This document shows positions 37,540 to 48,483 of a stretch of DNA of 64,000 nucleotides, in pieces (positions within the stretch are counted from its first letter, which is position 1; every line of letters begins with the position of its first letter). A model generated the notes under the pieces. The model searched no databases. It worked only from the letters and a program-made list of their open reading frames with translations, and was not told the DNA's origin. The stretch spans positions 35,154,001 through 35,218,000 of the forward strand of contig NC_043010.1 in the NCBI RefSeq assembly GCF_006345805.1, in the 5' to 3' direction. Position numbers and translations under genes: made by a program. Source of the stretch: Octopus sinensis (lineage: Eukaryota).

Positions 37540-37970
37540 TGAAGGAAAGTTATGGAAGAGGGAGACCCAGAAAGACATGGGACAAAGTACTGAAGACCAA
37601 TCTCAAAACACTGAGCCTTACAAAGGAGATGACAGAAAACTGGGATATGTGGTGCATTGTTGTATACAACAAGACCCACCCACCACAGCAGAATATCCTA
37701 AAACTAAGATGTCATGTAAAAATCATTGGTGTGGGTGCTGGTATCATATAAAAAGCACTGGTGCTGGTGTCACATAAACAGCACTGGTGCTGGTGTCATG
37801 TAGGAAGCGCACTCTGTAAAGTGGTTGGTGTTAGGAAGGGTATCCAGCTGTAGAAACCAAGGCAAAACAGACAATAGAACCTGGTGCAGCCTCTGGTTTT
37901 GCCAGTTCCTGTCAAGCCATCCAGCATAGAAAACAAGTGTTAAATGATGTTGATGATGATGATGATGACA
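37540..37970 (+). mobile_element. RTE LINE 3' fragment (ORF2 end plus 3' UTR with (GAT)n tail)
   Basis: GRGRPRKTWDKV coding end, then a UTR matching 58840-59010. Other 3' fragments at about 20060-20265(+), 25440-25650(-), 27905-27998(+), 30360-30533(-), 44310-44490(-) and 51960-52025(+). Confidence 0.8.
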
Positions 37971-38184
37971 CTGCAAAAAGGTTGAGAATGTCACAGCTGA
38001 AATGTAGATGTAGAGGCACCTTCATCTATTTTGCCATGCTTGTTATGGAGGTTGTTATTCACAGCAGCAACTTTCATAGCAAGCATTAATTTATTCTTAA
38101 GCATCATGTTGACCTGATCAAATAGAACTATGATCAAAGATGTTCTATCCTGTGGGGTGGCAGTCACAGATAGCATATCTAGGT

Positions 38185-39047
38185 TAGTGATTCTCAACCA
38201 TTTTTTATTTATGAACCCCTTTGATAACTATTTTACTCTGGTGGACCCCATTACAGATACTTCTTTCAAAATCCCTATTTTGTTTCTCCCACATTCACTT
38301 TTGTAGGTTTATGACAACACTCTCTGACAGAACATGTTTCAGTGGCCAAAAACATAACTACGGAGATGTACTTGCATAGCAAGTGACCTGATCTGAGATC
38401 GTGTGCTGGAACGAAAACAATTGCAGCGGGGAAGGTGTTTATAAGCCATTTGAGAAACACACAAAAACCGTTAGATTCACTTCAACATTTAAATTTAATT
38501 TATCAAAATATTTTCGTCGCTTTCAGACCTCGACAAAATTCTGACAAAATTCTGTTTCTTGTAATAAATACATCTAAGGCAATTTTTTTCACGGACCCTT
38601 AAAATACTGCTGTAGATCCCCAATTTACCATTTTGCTTATATGGAGGTAATTATTCTGGAGGTAAAACAGCAAACAAGTTTACTTCTGGCCAATGAACAA
38701 TGGTCTCTGCACAGTCACTCAACCTATTAAAAATTGCAGACAAATTTCCTTCAAATCACCAAGTGCCCTTTTAAATTAGTAAAGATCATATTGGACAATA
38801 TATAGTTTTCATTTTCATGTCAGGGATCAACTTACTTTCCTTATCATTTATCCTTTTTTACCCCATTACCTAAATAACCAGTTGCGTTCCATTTTTATTC
38901 CATTGATTTTTGTTTCTTTTCATCAGATCACAAAGAACCAAGTCAGGCCATCCTTGAGTATGAATGGATCAAAGACAACCAAGTAGATCTCTATCATACT
39001 GAAGTACCTGGAGGAGGGGTCATATAAACCCTTGTTGGGAACCACTG
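38185..39047. mobile_element. hAT MITE carrying later insertions
   Basis: Ends tagtgattctcaacc / gttgggaaccactg. Interrupted by another repeat (about 38355-38525) and by locally templated sequence (38653-39008). Confidence 0.7.
38804..39008 (+). pseudogene. NATD1: Inverted copy of NATD1 intron-1 3' end (123 nt) plus first 82 nt of exon 2
   Basis: Reverse complement of 34903-35107: 205 bp, one mismatch seen, no indel. Confidence 0.95.
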
Positions 39048-39522
39048 ATGTACATTAGCCACTGTCCTCTTCCTTAAAGATTTGTGGTGGTGTGGTGAGT
39101 TAGATCTGGTTATTTCTCGCAGGCCGACTGGCAGCGTACCTACACTATTATATAAAGATGAACGTAGTAACAAAAGGTAATAGATTTGGATACGTTACAA
39201 TGGGTTATTGAAAGGATGTGTAATTTTGCAGTGGGCTCATTTACTTTCAATTATCCTCGATTTGCAAAGTTTCAGTGTCCTGTGTGGTATCACGATACTC
39301 CTGATGATCGAACCACATCATTTATGATCTTAAACCCCGATCTTCAGATACTTACAACCTTCAAGCGGACTTTAACTGCTTCCACGTCTTATGAAAAGCC
39401 GGTACTTGCTGCAGGTGTCCCCAACATAAACACTGAAGGACTAAAGGGCTCCACTCGTCAGGAACATTAATATCCGAGAAGGTAACTTCCATGACCCTGA
39501 ACTTCTGCGAGCTATAAACTCC

Positions 39523-39768
39523 GGTACTACTTAAGAAGAGTGGTCCCGGTGCGCGCACTCGCATGCTCGAGCTAGCTAGTCGTGACTAATCGATCCTTTG
39601 CGTTTTATTTACTGTTTTAAAAAAAAATTATTTACTTTATGTAAAAAAATTATTTATTTTGCGTTTTATTTACTTTGCTAGGTAGTCGTTGTAGGATCGA
39701 CTAGTCACGACTAGCTGGCGCGGATGCGCGAGTGCGCGCACTCGGGACCACTCTTCTTAAGTAGTACC
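39523..39768. mobile_element. MITE with about 75-bp TIRs and 9-bp TSD (Mutator/MULE-type)
   Basis: TIR ggtactacttaagaagagtggtcccg.... Exact TSD ataaactcc at 39514-39522 and 39769-39777. Confidence 0.9.
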
Positions 39769-40050
39769 ATAAACTCCGACGGACAAAACCACTTAAGGTC
39801 ATCCCAATAACTACGTTGTAATTATAACTATAGCAAACATACACACATATCCTGAAAATGCCTACTGGTCGCTCCAGATCGAAAAACAGCAGACAATATC
39901 TTCCTTGTACCTAGAGTTCTAGAACAGACGAAACAGAAAAAAAGACGGGATGGTCACAGCTGGACACCTTTGATCAGGATTAAACAACATCAGCAACAAA
40001 CATATCGTTAGTAACAATAATCCTTTCTACTATAGGCACAAGCCACTTAC

Positions 40051-40198
40051 TTGGAGGTTGTGGCGGTAAATCTATTATAAATTTATTCATATTAGGTTTA
40101 TGGACAACGGTAAAATCGTCAGGTAAAGCTGCGGCCATAGTCTTCGCTCTGGAAGCTAAAAGTCGTGTAACCATTCGGGGTCCAGTTAGCAAAGACAT
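40051..40198 (-). CDS. NATD1: NATD1 coding exon 1 (in-frame ATGs at 40198, 40174, 40138)
   Basis: MSLLTGPR-MVTRLLASRAKT-MAAALPDDFTVVHKPNMNKFIIDLPPQPP, followed by consensus donor CCAA|gtaagt in phase 1, matching exon 2. FTVVH...KFII corresponds to the human IRVEH...QFTV strands. Confidence 0.85.
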
Positions 40199-40722
40199 TG
40201 TTGAGAATAAATGAACGTTTGTTTACGTTTCAGAGACAGATGCATTTGTCGGTAGACACGTGAAACAGAGACAAGTATATTACAAGGATACTCAGCTGAA
40301 CAGCACACCAATCCGACATTGCCCACGTCTCTCTCTCTCTCTTTCTCAGTCCTTCAGAAAGAAGATGGGCGGTGTAAGAACCAATATAATGCGTCCTTTT
40401 TTTTTACTTTTTTCCTTATTTTACTTGTTTCAGTCATTAGACTGCGGTCATACTGGGGCACCGCCTTGAAGACTTTTTAGTTGAATGTATTGACCCCAGT
40501 ATTTGTTTTAAAGCCTGGTACTTATTTTACCGATCTTTTTTGTCGAACCGCTAAGTTATGGTGGCGTAAACACACTAGCACTCGTTGTCAAGTGGTGATG
40601 GTGGGGAGGGACAAACACAGACGCAAAGACACGCCCACGCACACACAGCTATATGTGTGTGTATGTGTGTGTATGTGTGTGTGTGTGTGTGTGTGGTGTG
40701 TGTGTGTGTGTGTGTGTGTGTG

Positions 40723-41031
40723 AAGGCGCGTGGCTTAATGGTTAGGGCATTGGGCTCTAGATCGCAAGGTCACGAGTTCGATTCCTGGCAACGCATTGTG
40801 TCCTTGAGCAAGACACTTTATTTCACGTTGTTCCAGTCCACTTAGCTATCAAAAAAGAGTTGTACCTGTATTTCAAAGGGCCGGCCTTGTCAAACTGAAT
40901 CTCCCTGAGAACTACATTAAGGGTACACGTGTCTGTGGATTGCTCAGTCACTTGCACGTTAATTTCATGAGCAGGCTGTTCCGTTGATCGTATCAGCTGG
41001 GACCCTCGTCGTGGTAACCGACGGAGTGCTC
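40723..41031 (+). mobile_element. tRNA-derived SINE family C; related pieces at about 13517-13798 and 55203-55400
   Basis: Head ggcgcgtggcttaatggttagggc...gagttcgattcct, then tgtgtccttgagcaagacactt, ending gtaaccgacggagtgc. Confidence 0.8.
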
Positions 41032-41158
41032 CTAATATATATATATGAAAGCATATATATATGCATGAAAGCAAATAACCTTGTTGCCTTAACATTGTCC
41101 TTAAATAACCTTGTTGCCATTGTTTTTTTGTTATCGTTATTTTCATTATTATTATCTT

Positions 41159-41276
41159 ATCACAAAGAACCAAGTCAGACCATTCTTGAGTATGAATGGA
41201 TTGAAAATAACCAAGTAGATCTTTATCACACTGAAGTACTAGACCATTTTCATGGAAAAGGAATTGCCAAAGTCAT
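41159..41276 (+). pseudogene. NATD1: Older inverted copy of NATD1 exon 2, upstream of exon 1
   Basis: [39 protein letters not shown]; 14 substitutions in 118 nt. The acceptor AG is absent and the donor is replaced by a (CAT)n tract. Confidence 0.9.
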
Positions 41277-41329
41277 CATCATCATCATCACCATCATCAT
41301 CATCGTGATGTATAGGAAGAAAAAAGACA

Positions 41330-42735
41330 GAAACGAAGAGAGAATTACGGTAGTCTTACCTATCGGTCCAGAGAAAGGGTCACTTTCAACATCTTCATGC
41401 TGTCATGATCTCCAAGGTTCACTCCACGCCCACATGTGCTATCCAATGCTCTACCTTCTCGCACATCCACTCTGATGTGCTGTTCGCCACCGACTGGGTC
41501 TCGTGCTTCAATGAATGCCACATGTCCACCATGGCACTTCCAGTGGGATCCACAGGCTCCACTTCCAACAGAACATGCCTACTCCCTCACATCCGATCCT
41601 CCCCTACAACACAGCTTGGCTCATAATGCACCTCTGATCTGAAGATCATTCAGCCAACCTGCCCACGCCCTCTTCAATCGTGTAGTGTCCAGCAGTTTCC
41701 AACACATAGAAAACAGTTCCTGCATGCTCGTCTTGAGCCCATTTTTGGGATCTCGTTCCCTCTCCGAAACATCAACACGCCAGCCTTGTCTCTCCGTAGC
41801 TTGAGTCGCAGGGCAGCTCCTCCTTCCATTGCCTCCGGTAGTTTGGCAGTTAGTTCAAAACTCTTCAGGTGGCTTATGACCTCCTTTGCCAACACAATGC
41901 TCTCATCCACCAGGAAGTCATCAATATAGGAGTTGGTGGCTCTTTTCATTTTGTCAGCCTTTCCCAGGATGGTCTTGAGAATTGTCACCATAATCTTCGG
42001 TGCTGAATTCAGCCTGAATCCCAACCTGGTCAGGCAATATGTCCATCCCTTATACCTTACCAACTGATATTTCCACAGTCTCTCAGCCACATGCACCTGC
42101 AGGTATGCTGACTTCAAGTTGACGATTGTGGAGACCCCCGTCGTCTGCCTCCACTCTCTCCAGGTTTCGCTACAAATGTCCGTAGCTTCACTGCCCATAT
42201 GGCACAATACATGGTCATTCAGCTCCTGGAAATCCAATACTGGTCTGACTTTATGTTTCGCTGGCTGCACCACCGCTATCAGCAGTAGCACTCCAGTTTT
42301 CGCTTCCTCCTTCCAAGGAATCAGAGCACTTTCCTTGATCCATTAGTCCACCTCGCCCTTGAACTCACTTCTGGCATCCCCATTCAGGATATGCTGATAG
42401 CAGCCTACTGTGTTCTTCAATGTTGGAGGATCTCCCTTCCAGTGCCATTCCATTGTCCACTGCCGGCCATCGAACACAGCTCAAAAATCTTTGTCTTTGA
42501 TGGTGTGTGCAGCATATTTGTCTTCACAGCTCTCACCACTCTCCTGTCGCAAATTCACAGCACATAGTGCCCCTGCATCACCAAACACTACACCGGCTTC
42601 ATTGACCATAACACCTCCCAAGTGGACAATGGCATCCATCCCCATCATGACATCAATCCCGTCCACTACACGATCAATTACAATAGCCTGCAACCTCAGT
42701 CTTGTTTTCCACCACACCTTTGCAAATGACGTTGG
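41330..42735 (-). mobile_element. Ty3/Gypsy-like LTR retrotransposon pol fragment (protease C-terminus plus RT)
   Basis: IDVMMGMDAI (protease flap region), then KVRPVLDFQELN, IVNLKSAYLQ, YCLTRLGFRLNSAP and SYIDDFLV, with stops and frameshifts around them. Confidence 0.8.
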
Positions 42736-43299
42736 GGGGGGCGGAGCTTTTTATGGAAAAATTTTTGGAAGTTTATGAATTCCCCCTACCCCACTTCCAG
42801 CTAGAAAAAAATCTTTCATGTCTTCTTTTCGATGTTAGTATGAGACCAAACGAATTCTGCAGAGATAAGTAGTGTTATGGGATTATATATCCTAAGCTGT
42901 TTAGATCCCAAATTTTCATATATTGTCAGAGGATAGTGGTCTACTAATCCTCTGAAATGCTAACAACCAACAAATTGACAACGAAAGAATTCCATAACTT
43001 TTTCACATTTGATGAATACAAATTTGAAAAAGTTTCTACAACTTGTAGTGGGAAAAGGTGTAGCACAAGATGTTGAGGTCACAGAGGAAATAGGCATGTG
43101 AATGACTTCAAAGTAAACAGAGGAAAAACATTGGTTTGTAGTTTAAATAATTTATCTAAATGACACTTGCATTTACTTGTTGTATACACAAACATTTCAC
43201 TACATCACATCATTACCTACTGCTTTGAGCTGGTGAAGAAATTAACAGGGTACATACTGTAGATATGATAGGGTAGAACCAAACATGTTTTGTGTCTGT

Positions 43300-44290
43300 G
43301 TGTGCATTAATCATTCAGAGGTGTCTGTTTAGATTCTGCGATATTATCTGTCGTTCACGTTGAATATCTGAGAAATTACTGGCTGGCTATCTTGTGGCAT
43401 ATCTCTCTCTCTCCATTCCTGACTTGACTGACTGTCCCTTGACTGTATTTATAGAAGTTGGGACAGCTAGGACAGTCATGCCACCTAATTTAAGTAGGTC
43501 ACCTCCTGTCCACTTGAACCCTAAATGACACAGGTGAGTTTGAAGGTCAAAGGGAAACAATCCATCATTTTTTGACAGGACAAAGAAATTTCTTTTGCAC
43601 CTTTTTGATCACTGGTGGATCAGACGAGTGAGAACTCCTAGATTCAGTAGTAGTATAAGGGTCTAGCTTGATCCTGCCTGAGATTTGAAACCAAATCCAC
43701 CGGCTTGTTGCTTGTCAAAACAAGCAGGAAATCCTCCACACTAGATGATTGATGAGGAAACACTCCACCACCTACGACCTGTACTGGTCAAGGAAAGGTC
43801 AGTCCTTTGCTTAAGGTTTGACCTACATTACTGACCATAGTCTATATAACAGAGAGAATTTCCTATCCCTTCCTCTTATGTGTCAGCTATGACCAAGGAG
43901 TAAAACCCACTTTTGCATCAGCCTTAACCAAGAGCAACACTTCCCTTCGCCCTTTCCTAGACATGCGAAGAGAGGCTTTTGGCCACAAGAAAGACGATGC
44001 TGCTTTTATCCTTTCTAGTCAGCACCATGCATTCCTTACTCTTTCCCTCTCTACTAACAGACAACATTTTTCTACATATCAACTACTAACCAGCAAGGCA
44101 TCTTTGTCGTCACTATCACTAGAATGGCTACTGTCTCTTTAACAACCTGTTTGGGTAAATGATGCTTACTGGTACTCTGATCTGAGAACCTTCAAGTGAT
44201 ACATCTATACGCTACCTTTAGAAGTGGGCCGCATCATATTGAATTGATATGACACATCACATCCTGCCCACTACAAACTCTAGTGACGCC
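43300..44290 (-). mobile_element. Heavily decayed LTR-retrotransposon remnant (RNase H-like piece plus TATA-containing LTR-like segment)
   Basis: Weak IVFLVAKSL...REVLLLVKA...LLGH similarity to RNase H. ctataaata on the minus strand near 43450. Confidence 0.3.
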
Positions 44291-44769
44291 TTTGTTGAAA
44301 CACAGCCTTTATTTCATCATCATCATCATCTAACATCTGTTATCCATGCTGGCATAGGTTGGACACTTTGACAGGAGCTGGTCAATTGGAGAGCTGTCTG
44401 TTTTGGCTGTGTTTCTATAGCTGAATGCCCTTCCTAATGCCACCTACTTCAGAAAGTGTATTGTGTTCTTTTATGTGGCACTGGTACAAATGGATATGAA
44501 AATAAACAGATCAACACACAGACGCATAGGTACATAGGTTATAAGAACAGACAAGCACACATACGCAAATGGAGACTGAAACACATGACCATATATATAC
44601 ACACACACTTTACTCCACACAAGGACACATGTGGAGATATGGGTCCACACATATAGAGATGCACGTCCATACATACAAACATGGTACATAGTTGCAAAAC
44701 ACACACACACATAGACATGCACACACAAGGAGACAGAGGTACATACATATACAAACACACGCACACACA

Positions 44770-44815
<46 letters not shown>

Positions 44816-45208
44816 GAAAATACACAAACACGGACATGCAAGCATATGAATATGCAGAATACATACATACAGATGCACACACATACAAACATATTTACAT
44901 ATGTATACACATACATATATAGATACGCACACATGCATACATACATACATACATACGTACATGCATAGGCACACACACACACACAGACCCACACATATGT
45001 GCACAAACAAACAAAAAGGAACACAGTGTAAATAACAGACAGAGTCAAGACTATTGCAAAGGTTTCAAGACACAACGAAAATTTTAGGAAAATAAAAATA
45101 AGAAATAAGTGGAAATTTTACCAGTGAGTGTGTTAAATTATAAGGCACAAAAAGAAAATAACTCTCCCCAGATACAGCAGAATATTTACATATGTATACA
45201 CATTTTTA

Positions 45209-45244
<36 letters not shown>

Positions 45245-46809
45245 ACTAATATATTCTTTGTAAGCCTAGTACTTATTCTATCGGTCTCTTTTGCCAAACC
45301 GCTAAGTTATGGGGACGTAAACACACCAGCATCGGTTGTCAAGCGATGTTGGTGGGGACAACACAGACAAACATACACACACACACACACACATATATAT
45401 ATTCATATATACGACGGGCTTCTTTCAGTTTCCGTCTACCAAATCCACTCACAAGGCTTTGGTCGGCCTGAGGCTATAGTAGAAGATACTTGCCCAAGGT
45501 GTCACGCAGTGGGACTGAACCTGGAACCATGTGGTACGTAAGCAAGCTACTTACCACACAGCCACTCCTATGCCTATTATGTAACGTTTATTTCACAATG
45601 TACAGCTGCTTCTCTGGAGGACTTGTTATTAATAAGAACTCATTTATCCACTGTTCCTTGATTTAACACTTACAATAATTTTATGGGGTTTTGGGGGGGT
45701 TTTCTTTTTACTTAATGTGTTTTACACTGTGTAGGACAAAATAAAACCAGGATTCATAAAAAAAAATAGAAACCTGCAAGAGTTCACAAAGAATGAACAA
45801 AGTACAACTCTGTAGCAAAGACATATCAACTGTAAACTGACATGCAAAAATGTTGCAATGGACCGGCACTGTCAGACACTTCAGGATCAAAATAGAACCA
45901 AGTCTATTGAACAGTCTGTACAACACACTATTTCTCATCAACCAATGCACAACGTTTGGTACATGCACCTTATACTTGCCATCCATGATGGAGGTATTCT
46001 CCTTGATTACTTTCAAGTTGTTGCACTTGACAAGACATGGATAATGTTTTCTTAGAAGTAAGCTGTATAAAACATGGCTTGTCATCAGGTAGGCCACGTT
46101 ACTAAAAACATTCAAGGTAATTTTTGTTTGGTGTGCTATTCAGGAAGTCCCACAATCTATAGGTTGCTCATGACCAAATTAAATGCATACTTCTCAAAAC
46201 AAACACAACAATAAAGTGTTTCTTCAGTAACATTTTTTAATTCAAGGTTTCAGATTTCCCCCTAAGCAGTGTTTACATTGTTTGACATTCTTTTGTTATG
46301 AACAACTCTCTCTTGGCTTGACCAACACCTGCACAACACCTTATTTTATTTTGGTGACCAAGTTAGTACACGCCAGCACAATTTGTCCTCGTTAGTCAAA
46401 AGACACCTGCTGTTCTTTTTGTTTGTATTTCTAATCATGTAACATTTTCTCTTTTTTTTTTGTCTGTTTTGTTGCACATATTCACTTGCTTTATTCCAAA
46501 AATTGAATGCCCTTAGCTTAGATTTTTGGGGCCTACCAATTTTGAACAGCCTCAGGTGTAACAGGCCAAAACTGTAATGATGATTGGAAGCTTGACTGAT
46601 GAAAGAAAGCCACAAATGTTTCGTCCTGGTTTTTCCTGTCCATCTTTGTATCGTCTATCTGTCCATATGTGTTTATTGTTGTCTGTTATATTCTTATTCT
46701 CTTTTTTTTATTTATATATATATTGGTGCCCCAGCATGGCTGCGGCCTTCGGGCTAAAACATTTTTAAGGATTTATATGTATATGTGTGTATGTGTATAT
46801 ATATATATT

Positions 46810-48483
46810 CATTATCATCATTATCATCATTTAATGTTCATTGTCCATGCTGGCATGGGTCGGAATGTTTGACTGGGGCTGGTAAGTTGGAAGGCTGCAC
46901 CAGACTCCAGTATGATTTGACATGGCTTTCTATGGCTGGATGCCCTTCCTAATGCCAACTACTCTAAGAGTGTAATTGGTGCTGTTACATACCAGCAGCA
47001 TGGGTGCCATTTGCATGACATCAGTATCTGCTATGACTGTAATTTTGCTTGGCTTGATAGGTCTTCTTCTCAAGCACAACATAAAACCAAAGGTCTCGGT
47101 TATTGTCTCCTTGAGGCCCAACGCTTGACAGTAACTCAGCCATTGCCTCCATGAGGCCCAATGCTTGAAAGGTGCTCTTTACGTGCCACCGACATGGTTG
47201 CCAGTTACATGATACTAGCATCGGCCATGACTATGGTTTAACTTGTCCTTGGCTGTCACAGCCCATGTTTCACTGCCATGTAGCATAGCTGTTCACACAC
47301 AGACATCATATGATCTGCCTTTACTCTGAGAAAGAGGCCCTTTGTTGCCAACAGAGGTAGGAGCTCTCTGAACTTTGCCTAGCCTAATCTTATTCTCACA
47401 GCTATGCTCTCGGGGCATCCACCTCCACTACTAACTTGGTCACCTAAATAACAGAAGCTATCTACTTGCTCTAACTTGCCTCTCAGGCAGTCTATTTTCT
47501 GCACATTTTCAGCCTTTATTTTACCTGCGCATCTTCCACATACAAAATCTAGTTTCCCTGTTAACTTTCCTCTGATATTGCTGCACCTTTTATGTGTCCA
47601 AAGCTTACATCAAGTGCATCTTCTACCTGTGCCTTTTCTACAGTTTGAGTAGGGCCATCTACCTGAAGGGATTTGTGATTTATCCGCTTTCCTACTTATT
47701 AAGACTTTGGTTTTTGTTACATTAGCTCTAAGGCCCTTCGATTCTAGACCTTGCTGCCATACCTGGAACTTCTTCTCTAGTTCTGGCAGTAATTCAGCAA
47801 TAAGAATGAGGTCATCAGCATAGAGGAGCTCCCAGGAGCAGCCTGTCTTAAATTTCTCTGTTATTGCCTGAAGAACTATGATGAACAAGAGGGGACTAAG
47901 TACCGATCTTTGGTGAACCCCTACTTGTACCTTGAATTCTTCACTGTATTCATTGCCAACCCTCACCTTACTGGTAGCATCCCTGTACATAACTTGTACA
48001 GCTCTCACCACCACTCATCTATCCCTAGTTTCAACATTGACCACCAGATAAGGGATCAGGGGACCCTGTTGAAGGCTTTCTCCAAGTCAACAAAGGCCAA
48101 CTACAGAGGTTTATTTTTGGCTAGGTATTTCTCCTGCAGCTGCCTTACTAGAAATATAGCATCAGTGATGCTTCTCCTTGTTACAAAACCAAACTGCATC
48201 TCGTCTAGGTTAACTTTGTCCTTAATTAGTTGGGCTACGACTCTCTTTGTAACTTTTATCTCCTGATCCAAAAATTTGATACCTCTGTAATTATTTCTAT
48301 CTAAGATATAACCTTTACCTTTGTAGCAGTTGACTATGGTGCTGCTATACCAGTCATTAAGTATGACTCCTTCATGGACCACCTGATTTACAATACAGAT
48401 GACTAGACCATAACCCACACTGCCAGATATTTTAAGCATGTCAGCAGTGATTTCTGATGGGCTGGGGGCTTTCCCTGTCTTCT
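46810..48483 (-). mobile_element. 5'-truncated, decayed RTE LINE (same family as 56583-59012)
   Basis: MLKISGSVGYG, NYRGIK, MQFGF, GVHQRSVLSPLLF and WELLYADDL, followed by the family 3' UTR and (GAT)n-like tail at about 46810. Confidence 0.9.

Noticed and set aside
34740-39008. A 4.3-kb inversion that split an older exon 2 into the two partial copies
   Set aside because: Re-inverting would rejoin the halves, but the hAT MITE 38185-39047 is colinear across the supposed right breakpoint. A templated insertion fits better.
40723-40800. SINE heads (families A, C, D; also 55203-55275) as tRNA genes
   Set aside because: A/B boxes are present but no complete cloverleaf forms, and each runs into a shared SINE body.
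41159-41276. Purifying selection on the older exon-2 copy (9 of 14 changes silent)
   Set aside because: All changes are transitions and the functional exon also accumulates silent changes, so about half silent is expected neutrally. The splice sites are gone.
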